From positions 1 through 33,339 of the IMG/VR virus record IMGVR_UViG_3300017956_003412: a stretch of 33,339 bases of DNA, one strand, 5' to 3'. The notes under the pieces were generated by a model. It saw only the letters and a program-made list of their open reading frames with translations. It was not told where the DNA came from and did no database searches. A program made the position numbers and the translations under genes. How positions within the stretch are numbered: position 1 is the stretch's first letter; every line of letters begins with the position of its first letter. This document shows, piece after piece, positions 25,918 through 33,339 of this stretch. The DNA comes from a virus (Duplodnaviria; Caudoviricetes).

Positions 25918-28900
25918 CTATTTCAATAAGAAGAGAGATGCAGTTAACATATCTCCTTGAACACCTTCTTCAAAATTAGTTATATTTTCAAAATTGACTA
26001 CACCGCCGCTGCCGCCGATTTCATTAACATTCAATACTGTTATGTTACCTGCTAACAATCCGCTCACAACTAGGTCTGCACCACCACCGCCAATGAGTGA
26101 TTCAATATAACCTTTAATTGCTTTTTGTGTCGGAACAACATTGTCTGAATTTGCTGCTAAATTAATATCTGTACTAAATTCTCTAACTACAGCATTTGTT
26201 CCGCCTAAGATTATACCACCAATTCTTAATTCAGTCAGTCCTGATAGTTCAAAGTCATCTGCGTTTAGTGTAATAACTCCAGTCGCCTGGTCTACCTTAA
26301 ACAATTCTCCAACTCGGAAGTTACCATCTTGGTCAGTACTTGTGTAGAATACTCGTCCGCCGCCTGCTGCTACTGCTTCACTTGGCTGGTCTGGATTATT
26401 GTCAGTAGTATATCCAAACAAATATCTAGCCGGATAATCTGTATCATCAAAACTACCAGTACCAATATCTAAGAAATCGTGTCCTGTTAGACGTACTTGT
26501 GAATAACTTTCTCTAATAGTAATGTCTGTCCCGTGTGCAGGTGATGTAATAGCCTTTAAATAAGGAGTTATTTTTAAACTTGCACTATAGTTAGGAGCAC
26601 TACCTGTAACATTTAATACTTCAACAACACTATATAAATTATCATTTCCAGCAAATTCAAGGTTAGCACCCGGTCCTGGTAATAGAGTTAAATTTGAAAC
26701 AACAATATCACCATCTGATGGATATTCGTCAGCATAACCAACACCAGATATTGTAGCAAGATATGCTGATTGATAACCCGTTCCTCTATTTGTCCACGTA
26801 GGTTGTGCTAGTACACCGTCTCCTATTCTAATAGTCCAACTACCGTCAGTTGTGTTATTAGGATCAATTATAGTAATATTTGGCGGTGATGCTGGATTGT
26901 ATGTTGATCCTGGATCTATAATTCTAAATTCTCCTAAACCGCCACCGGAAATAAACAATCTAACAAATGCAGTATCGCCGCCTCCGATTGGTGCATCAAC
27001 AATTACTCTAGGTTCAATTCTATATCTAGACGTAGAATCAGGAGCAACAATTGTTCTTCCAGTAACTACATGATCCCAACCATTGGAATCGTCTGATTCT
27101 TTTAAAACACCCATTATTTTTGTAGCATCGTCGTAAGTATCAATGTAGCCATACTGGCCTGCGCCTGCACCTGAAAGTATAATAATTCTCATACCTTGAT
27201 ATTCTGTTAGTGTGTTTTCGTCAGCACCTGATATTACAATGCCTCCAGCAATTGTGCCGCCGTCTTGTGCGTTACCTTCTACTTGTAAATAATTACTTCC
27301 TAGATTGTTATCTCCTTGACCGTCAAGTCTAATTTGGAAAATACCGCCGTCCTTAACATTAGGAGATGCTACTGCTGCACCAGTACCTGCGCCTGTAAAT
27401 GTATATGTAGTTGTGTTATCGTACGCTTGTCCAGCGTTGGTATATTGTAATGCTAAGATTTCGTTACCGTCAGTTAATATTTCACTAACAATTGCTTCTC
27501 CGGATCGGTTGTTAACTGTTGCTGTAATTGGTGTTTCGTTTGCATCAACGCCTTCAGCAGATGATCCAAAATCTCCGTAAGAGTTGTTGCCGTTTGTTCC
27601 TCTAATTTTGCCACCGTTTTCTGCCAAATACCCAACATGATTATAATATGTAAATACTGAAACAAGTTCAGCTCTAGCATTATTTGTTACCCAAACACCA
27701 ATTCCGTCACTTATAACTTGTGTAAAGTCGTTAGCAACAATTGAATCATTGCCGCCATTGTGCAAATTACCATCAACTTTTAAACCAGTAACTGATGTTC
27801 CAAATGTTGTACAGTTTTGAACATATGGAGATCTTGTTTTAATCCATACATCTTCGTCATTAGGACCTTGACCAGGGTCAAGACTTACAAAACATGCGTC
27901 TGTTAAAGGGCGTTTTGTAAAATATTGATTTGGTGGGGTCTGGGTGTCAAACATTCCGGACATTGTTAAGTTTCTTATGCCACTACCGTCTCTTACTCTA
28001 AACATAGTTGAAGCTTCATATCCTTCTGCTGGTTGTACTTCAACAGCTCTTAATTCGTCTCCTATAATAGCAGTTCCAGCTGGAACTACAATAGGTAGTT
28101 GTTCTTTATAGACACCTGTTGAAACAAACACAGAAACATCTTGGACTCTTTGCGATTTAAAGTCATATGTTATTCCACTAGCTTCAACTGTTTCGTCTTT
28201 GAAAGAGCTAAACTGTCTAAGTAATTCATTGTGTAATTGCAAAGCGGCTGCTTCGTATCCTGCTAGTATAGTATCATTTTCGCTTTCATTAGTAACATAC
28301 TTACGCCAGTATTGACTCCAAGCACTAGCATCTGATGATTGGATTGCTCCGTTACCGGTGATATCTCCAAATGCAAACCCTGTGTCAGGATTTGTTGATT
28401 CTAGAATTCCTCTAATAACTGTTGCATCAGGAGTAGGATTACTTAATGCAATTGCTATTAATAAGTTTCCAAGATCATTGCCGTCAAACTCGTCAATATA
28501 ATTCCTATTATTTAAAATATGGTCACATGCAAATCTTATAGTTTTAAATGGACTGTTTATACTTGTGCCTCCACCATTTAAAGCACTATCTAGTCCTGTT
28601 GATGCAGAAACATAATATACATCAGGAACATAATCAAAGTCTGCCCATTCAAGTTGCGTCCCGTTTAAACTAGAAAGTATTTGTCCAGAATTTCCTCTTG
28701 CAAATCTTTGTTTGTTTAATGTGCCAGCGTCATTAATATAAGTTATCATGTCGCCTCTAGTTGTCATTACGTTAGTTGTTGCACCTTCAACATGTAGAGA
28801 CCATGTTGCATCTAACCCTGGAGTATTTGAACCTGTTGCTAAGTGTTTTCCATTAGAAATATAAGTGTTAGAACCATAAGTTGCTAAATCTTCTATTTTG

Positions 28901-30336
28901 TATTCTCTTCCCTCGGACCATTGTCCTCTCCATTGGCGTCCAGGAACTACTACTTTCCAGTGTGTTGGGCTTGGAGGTTCTATTAAATTATCGTTATCTA
29001 AAATTGCTACATACAAGTAACCACTGTGTCTTACAAGATCGCCAACACGATATTCTCTTGTGCTATCAAATGAATAATCTTGGGCAAAGTTGTAGTTTTC
29101 ACTAACCTGCTGCCAAGTTGCACTATCTGTTGCTTCTGGTCGTGTGTTTATGTTAGATAATTTTGCTCTATACTGATATCCACCATATGATATAACATCA
29201 CCTATTTGATAGAAAACTCCGCCTGTCCAAGCGTTGTCCCATTCTAACCCATCTAAGTATAACGACCAATTTGAGTAATCATCAGCAAAAGTTGTAGAAA
29301 CGTGTTGTGTTTCGCACTTCCATATACTAGCTCCTACTTTTACAAGATCAAATATTTTGTAGTTAACATTAGTTGTCCAATCTTGTAAATGATTTACTTG
29401 TTGAAATGTAACTTCCCATTTGTTTAGATCAGCTTCAATTCCTTCTAATACTGTAGCAGCACTAGTATGTGCTTCAATACAACGGTATACAGTACCATTA
29501 TTTCTTACAACATCATTAACAATGTATCTAGCTTCGTTAATCCAGTTGCCTCTCCAGTTGTCTACATAGGCAATGAGTTTCCAATGTAATATATCTGCTT
29601 CTAATCCGTTTACTATATCAGCTTCACTGGTATGTTTGTTTATACATTGATAGATATTACCATTATATGTTACAATGTCGTTTTGATTGTATATTATACC
29701 GGTTTGCCAGTCGTTTTTATAAACAGAGCCTGTGTTTTGTTTTTCCCAATGTATTTCACTAGTAAAGTCTATATCATTACCCATTCCGGTATGATATTCA
29801 CAATAGTAATATAATGCTGTAGCATCTTTAGCAACATCTATTCTTACTTCTCTATATGTTGCTGTATTAAATCCCGAAACATATTGATCAGCAGTAACAG
29901 GTGCTTTGTCTAGATAATATCTTACTCCATCTAGATATCTAAATCCACTATTAACAAGTGTTCCGTTTTCTAATTGACTAAAGTGTAAAGGATGCGGGTT
30001 TGGAGTAGATCCGTTGGCATTTGGAAAGTAAACATTAGATTCATCATCTTGGTTAAAGACATAAGTTATACCTTTTCTTAGATACATTGTAGGATTGTCT
30101 CGGCCGTTTAATCTATAAATGTTTCCAGTATCTCCAGCATTACGTGCAACGGTAACAATTACTTCTTGATCGAGTACGCCAAAATCTGCTTCAAATTCTG
30201 ATTGTGAAGTATGGCCATTTTTACATACAAAAGTAGAACCTCTATGTTGTACAATGTCATCCTTAGTATAACCCGTGGCAGGAGCCCATGCACCTTTCCA
30301 CTTAAAGCGTATTCTATCTAATTTAAAATTTGCCAT
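25918..30336 (-). CDS. Large modular virion protein (1472 aa), tandem paralog of the 1830-aa protein
   Basis: MANFKLDRIRFKWK vs MAEFKLGRIRFVWK; 7 CBM5/12-like repeats; shared RSPYVQN, NDSIVANDFTQV, YSQVRLTGHDFLDIGTG and STDQDGNFRVGELF. Confidence 0.85.
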   Translation of the reverse strand: MANFKLDRIRFKWKGAWAPATGYTKDDIVQHRGSTFVCKNGHTSQSEFEADFGVLDQEVIVTVARNAGDTGNIYRLNGRDNPTMYLRKGITYVFNQDDESNVYFPNANGSTPNPHPLHFSQLENGTLVNSGFRYLDGVRYYLDKAPVTADQYVSGFNTATYREVRIDVAKDATALYYYCEYHTGMGNDIDFTSEIHWEKQNTGSVYKNDWQTGIIYNQNDIVTYNGNIYQCINKHTSEADIVNGLEADILHWKLIAYVDNWRGNWINEARYIVNDVVRNNGTVYRCIEAHTSAATVLEGIEADLNKWEVTFQQVNHLQDWTTNVNYKIFDLVKVGASIWKCETQHVSTTFADDYSNWSLYLDGLEWDNAWTGGVFYQIGDVISYGGYQYRAKLSNINTRPEATDSATWQQVSENYNFAQDYSFDSTREYRVGDLVRHSGYLYVAILDNDNLIEPPSPTHWKVVVPGRQWRGQWSEGREYKIEDLATYGSNTYISNGKHLATGSNTPGLDATWSLHVEGATTNVMTTRGDMITYINDAGTLNKQRFARGNSGQILSSLNGTQLEWADFDYVPDVYYVSASTGLDSALNGGGTSINSPFKTIRFACDHILNNRNYIDEFDGNDLGNLLIAIALSNPTPDATVIRGILESTNPDTGFAFGDITGNGAIQSSDASAWSQYWRKYVTNESENDTILAGYEAAALQLHNELLRQFSSFKDETVEASGITYDFKSQRVQDVSVFVSTGVYKEQLPIVVPAGTAIIGDELRAVEVQPAEGYEASTMFRVRDGSGIRNLTMSGMFDTQTPPNQYFTKRPLTDACFVSLDPGQGPNDEDVWIKTRSPYVQNCTTFGTSVTGLKVDGNLHNGGNDSIVANDFTQVISDGIGVWVTNNARAELVSVFTYYNHVGYLAENGGKIRGTNGNNSYGDFGSSAEGVDANETPITATVNNRSGEAIVSEILTDGNEILALQYTNAGQAYDNTTTYTFTGAGTGAAVASPNVKDGGIFQIRLDGQGDNNLGSNYLQVEGNAQDGGTIAGGIVISGADENTLTEYQGMRIIILSGAGAGQYGYIDTYDDATKIMGVLKESDDSNGWDHVVTGRTIVAPDSTSRYRIEPRVIVDAPIGGGDTAFVRLFISGGGLGEFRIIDPGSTYNPASPPNITIIDPNNTTDGSWTIRIGDGVLAQPTWTNRGTGYQSAYLATISGVGYADEYPSDGDIVVSNLTLLPGPGANLEFAGNDNLYSVVEVLNVTGSAPNYSASLKITPYLKAITSPAHGTDITIRESYSQVRLTGHDFLDIGTGSFDDTDYPARYLFGYTTDNNPDQPSEAVAAGGGRVFYTSTDQDGNFRVGELFKVDQATGVITLNADDFELSGLTELRIGGIILGGTNAVVREFSTDINLAANSDNVVPTQKAIKGYIESLIGGGGADLVVSGLLAGNITVLNVNEIGGSGGVVNFENITNFEEGVQGDMLTASLFLLK
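26298..26366. repeat. Direct repeat A, copy 2
   Basis: Matches 20764-20832 at 66/69. Confidence 0.9.
26448..26507. repeat. Direct repeat B, copy 2
   Basis: Identical to 20896-20955. Confidence 0.92.
27716..27750. repeat. Direct repeat C, copy 2
   Basis: Identical to 23055-23089. Confidence 0.9.
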
Positions 30337-30352
30337 TTTTCTTTCCTATGCT

Positions 30353-30730
30353 TTATTCAATGCCACTTGAAGACGATCCGTCATCATATACATGTTTTTT
30401 GTTTACACTTGCAACTAACTCGCCGTCACTGTTAATATAATACCAAATATTTTTATCTGCCCAACGATACTGCTCATAATTAAGATTGCTATAAACAATT
30501 TCGTGTTCTACATTTCTACCTTCGTAGAAATCTGAACCTTCTTCAAAATCATCAAAATCGTTTGAGTTATCTCCAGGCTTGTTAATTTGAATTTCTGCGT
30601 TTGCACCTTGACCTAGCTGATCCATTTTACCCAAGAACAACTCTCCTTGGTCTGTTCTACGTAGTCCGTAAAAGAATCTGTCTTTTAAAGCTGCTACTAT
30701 TCCGTCTGCTGTTTCACCCACATAATTCAT
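30353..30730 (-). CDS. Hypothetical phage protein (125 aa)
   Basis: AAGGA ribosome-binding site; fills the gap in the co-oriented structural run; acidic/aromatic. Confidence 0.72.
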   Translation of the reverse strand: MNYVGETADGIVAALKDRFFYGLRRTDQGELFLGKMDQLGQGANAEIQINKPGDNSNDFDDFEEGSDFYEGRNVEHEIVYSNLNYEQYRWADKNIWYYINSDGELVASVNKKHVYDDGSSSSGIE

Positions 30731-30741
30731 AATCTTATTCC

Positions 30742-31071
30742 TTATACAATGTTAACATAACTTACAATTGCATCAACTGCATTATCTTGATCTGCTACAA
30801 AATACAACTGATTACTGTTTGCTAAAATTAATTTTTCACCACCATTTAATGCCCTTAGACTTGTGTTTGGCGGTATTACTACGTCTTTTATAAAATAGCC
30901 TTCAACACTGGTATCGTCATGAACTAGTACGCTCATATTAACTACGTTGTCTGTTAAGTTTGCAAAACTCATACCAACTACTGTAGCTGTTGTGGCGCTA
31001 TCTGTTTCGATTGCAAGTATAGGTATTGCTCCTACTTCTTTTACTACTTTATTTTTAAACTGTGTTGCCAT
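30742..31071 (-). CDS. Small beta-sandwich virion protein (109 aa)
   Basis: MATQFKN...TVVGMSFANL...IKDVVIPPNTSL...GGEKLIL; co-oriented and tightly packed. Confidence 0.75.
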   Translation of the reverse strand: MATQFKNKVVKEVGAIPILAIETDSATTATVVGMSFANLTDNVVNMSVLVHDDTSVEGYFIKDVVIPPNTSLRALNGGEKLILANSNQLYFVADQDNAVDAIVSYVNIV

Positions 31072-31075
31072 CTTA

Positions 31076-33337
31076 TTATCCTAAACTTAAAACAATTTCT
31101 AATGCTATATCTTCTGCTGCTGTAAGTGTAATCGAACCCGAAGCACCTGCAACTGACACCCAACTAAACCCGTCATATATTTCCAAATACCTTTGTTGTG
31201 TGTTATATCTTACCATTCCAGTTTCTCTATTAGCAGTTGCAGGTCTTTCGTTGTTAGTACCTACAGGAACAACAAAGCCGTTTGTGCCTGCAATCTTAAC
31301 ATATCCAAAACCGGTTTGTGTAAAGTTCATTACACCGTCAACTGCTCTGTTTGTAATAGTAGAATCTTTAAAAGCAAGATCATCTATAACAACTTCGCCA
31401 GTACCGTTTGCAGATAGAATTAAATCAGTGTTTAAAGTTTCTGTTGTTATAGTGTTTCCATCTATCGAAATGTCGTCAACTTCAACTCTTGGTGTCTCTA
31501 ATTTATTTGCATCAATTGTAGTTATTACATTGTTATTTACATAAAAACGAATGGTACTGTCGTTTGCACCAGGTGTTAATTCAGCAGTTATTTTAGTATC
31601 CAAATCTAAATCGTATACGCCGTTTAGTGCAGTCCAGTTACCATCATATCCTTCAAACAAACTAGTATCTGTGTTGTAACGAATCATACCAGTTGCTGGT
31701 GTAGGACGACTTGCTGTGCTGCCTTTTGGTAGTTGTAATGCACTAGTAGAATCTATTCTAACAGTACCGCTGTCTGCATCTAAGTTAATATCTCCACTTA
31801 AACTTTCGATAGTATTTCCACTAATACGTAGATTTCCTGTGTCAATTTTATCACCAGTAATAGTAGTTGTATTTCCGCCTGTATTGATAGTAATACCACT
31901 AGTAGTATCAATATTAAATTCAGAACTTGTAAAGTCTACAGTACCAGTTGCTTGATTAATATAAAATAAATCGCCTACTCTAAAATCACCTTTATGGTCA
32001 ACTGAACTATATCTAACTTTTGCATCATTAAGTTCTACAACTTCGTTTGCTTGTATTACATTTGTTTCGTCGTTATCTGATAATTTACCTGTACCTACAT
32101 ATGCTAAGTTTTGACTCATCAAATACATTAGTACGCCCGGTCCGTCACCTACAACACCATAGTTACCATATACACAAGCACTGGCAATAGAACGAACTTC
32201 GCCACCAAAGTCTGTAGTGTTAGCTAGTGTAACATAGTTAGCTGTTGCACCTCCACTAAACTGTATGTCTTGTGAATTTAAAGTATCATCTACAAAAGTA
32301 GTTGAAGTGTTTGTACCATTAAAATGTAATAATAATACTGTGTCTAAATCACTAGTAAATTCTGATGTTGGTGTTACAAAGCCCGCTGTGTATCTAGCAA
32401 TATCTTTCGAAATTCTTACTTCGTCAACGTATCCTGTAAATCCATCAGTAACTCCGTATGTGTTACCAATTACAAGAGGTTTAGCTACACCGTAGTTTAC
32501 TGTATCTGCATATGTTCCTTGGCTTACACCTCCAAGATACAATGTTGTTGTGCCGCTGTTTCTTACTAATGCTATGTGATTCCATGCATTTTGTGTTACT
32601 GCTGTTGCGCCTTGTATTTCAATTGCGCCACTTGTTTGAAAATAAACATAATCGTTAACATCTATACCAATAAGAACTGCATCATCATTTGCTGCGGCAG
32701 CTCTAAAGTCAAACAATACTCTTGCATTTCCGGTATTTGTAGGATAGAACCATCCTTCTACAGTAAAATCTCCTGTTTCAAATCCAAAATCATCTTGCGA
32801 TGTTAAAGAAACATAATCACCTGTACCGTCTAATGCTAAACTAGCAGTTCCAAACTTTTTAATTGTTGTGTTTAACTGTGCATTGTCAACTGCTGTGGCA
32901 GTTTTTCCGCCTCTTTCACCTGCTGTTTCTAGCCCAGTTAAGTTTCCAGAAACATAAAATTTTCCGTCTGTATCTACACTGTCAATAGTTCCTGTAGCAA
33001 GTACTGTTACACCGTCTGTATCATAATATGTAAATGTTTCTCCTGCAAGATACGTACCTGTTACACTATCTACGCGAACTGATGTTTTACCTGTACCTTT
33101 TAGTCCTGTTGCTCCGTCAACTGCGTACAATCCTCTGTTGGCAAAATATGTAAAGCAATTTAACCACTCTACTCTAGTACCGTTTGTAATTGTTAAAGCA
33201 TCTACTCCTGGAGTAATAAAAGTTACAGAGTGGAATAAGCAACCTGCTTCTCTTGATGCAGAGTTTGCTACACTGCCGTCTAAGTATGCGCCACCGCCAG
33301 CATCGCCTTCATCAAAACCTCTTGGATCTGCACCACT
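31076..33337 (-). CDS. 5'-truncated large virion protein with LamG/concanavalin A-like domain and fibre-type C-terminus
   Basis: Frame stays open to the window edge (SGADPRGFDEGDAG...VEWLNCFTYFANRGLYAVDG), so the track's TTG at 33130 is internal. LamG motifs DFTVEGWFY, WNHIALVR, FTGYVDEVRISK; two P.G.T..RP....GM.RYNT units; GDFRVGDLF..NQATG shared with the two paralogs. Confidence 0.85.
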   Translation of the reverse strand, partial: SGADPRGFDEGDAGGGAYLDGSVANSASREAGCLFHSVTFITPGVDALTITNGTRVEWLNCFTYFANRGLYAVDGATGLKGTGKTSVRVDSVTGTYLAGETFTYYDTDGVTVLATGTIDSVDTDGKFYVSGNLTGLETAGERGGKTATAVDNAQLNTTIKKFGTASLALDGTGDYVSLTSQDDFGFETGDFTVEGWFYPTNTGNARVLFDFRAAAANDDAVLIGIDVNDYVYFQTSGAIEIQGATAVTQNAWNHIALVRNSGTTTLYLGGVSQGTYADTVNYGVAKPLVIGNTYGVTDGFTGYVDEVRISKDIARYTAGFVTPTSEFTSDLDTVLLLHFNGTNTSTTFVDDTLNSQDIQFSGGATANYVTLANTTDFGGEVRSIASACVYGNYGVVGDGPGVLMYLMSQNLAYVGTGKLSDNDETNVIQANEVVELNDAKVRYSSVDHKGDFRVGDLFYINQATGTVDFTSSEFNIDTTSGITINTGGNTTTITGDKIDTGNLRISGNTIESLSGDINLDADSGTVRIDSTSALQLPKGSTASRPTPATGMIRYNTDTSLFEGYDGNWTALNGVYDLDLDTKITAELTPGANDSTIRFYVNNNVITTIDANKLETPRVEVDDISIDGNTITTETLNTDLILSANGTGEVVIDDLAFKDSTITNRAVDGVMNFTQTGFGYVKIAGTNGFVVPVGTNNERPATANRETGMVRYNTQQRYLEIYDGFSWVSVAGASGSITLTAAEDIALEIVLSLG

Positions 33338-33339
33338 TG

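Noticed and set aside
20764-26507. Repeat pairs as a diversity-generating retroelement TR/VR
   Set aside because: The mismatches are few, synonymous and not adenine-specific; both copies are in conserved coding sequence; no reverse transcriptase is in the window.
673-32806. Short antisense or alternate-frame ORFs (e.g. 6969-7265, 21513-21866, 31062-31544)
   Set aside because: They lie within or largely overlap well-supported genes, have no motifs, and are expected as shadows of codon bias.
357-33130. Track starts at TTG 357, 3393, 11917 and 33130
   Set aside because: 357 and 33130 are internal to frames open to the window edges; 3393 and 11917 have better ATG starts with ribosome-binding sites at 3423 and 11914.
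1-33339. Stop-codon reassignment as seen in some large phages
   Set aside because: The standard code gives near-complete coding density, and TAG and TGA both end genes at sensible positions (gmhB TAG, hldE TGA).

Overview
AT-rich, gene-dense segment that reads as part of a large tailed-phage genome (T4-like/jumbo myovirus type; this assignment is inferred from gene content). It has three parts. (1) A + strand block: the end of a probable tail protein, a Nudix hydrolase, and a compact ADP-heptose operon (hldE, hldD, cupin, gmhB). The operon has no gmhA and sits behind a near-consensus sigma70 promoter. (2) A long - strand run of modular virion/fibre proteins (2324, 309, 130, 500, 105, 1830, 1472, 125, 109 and >750 aa), with a GT9 heptosyltransferase-like gene and a NodU/CmcH carbamoyltransferase directly downstream of a Cys/Gly-rich fibre gene. 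(3) A + strand island of two 'CP'-motif proteins and two HxH 2OG-Fe(II) oxygenase-like proteins. The main hypothesis is a phage-encoded heptosylation/carbamoylation system acting on virion fibres (alternatives: host LPS or DNA). Supporting oddities are a cupin where GmhA would be expected, a GT9 with Asp-to-Arg at the WaaC catalytic-base position, and a hairpin over the GT9 ribosome-binding region with a promoter-like motif in its loop. Also seen are nucleotide-identical tracts between two diverged paralogous structural genes, and dockerin-like and cupredoxin-like modules inserted into structural proteins. No tRNA, rRNA, CRISPR, intein or mobile element was recognised. All family calls come from motif recognition by eye, not from database searches.
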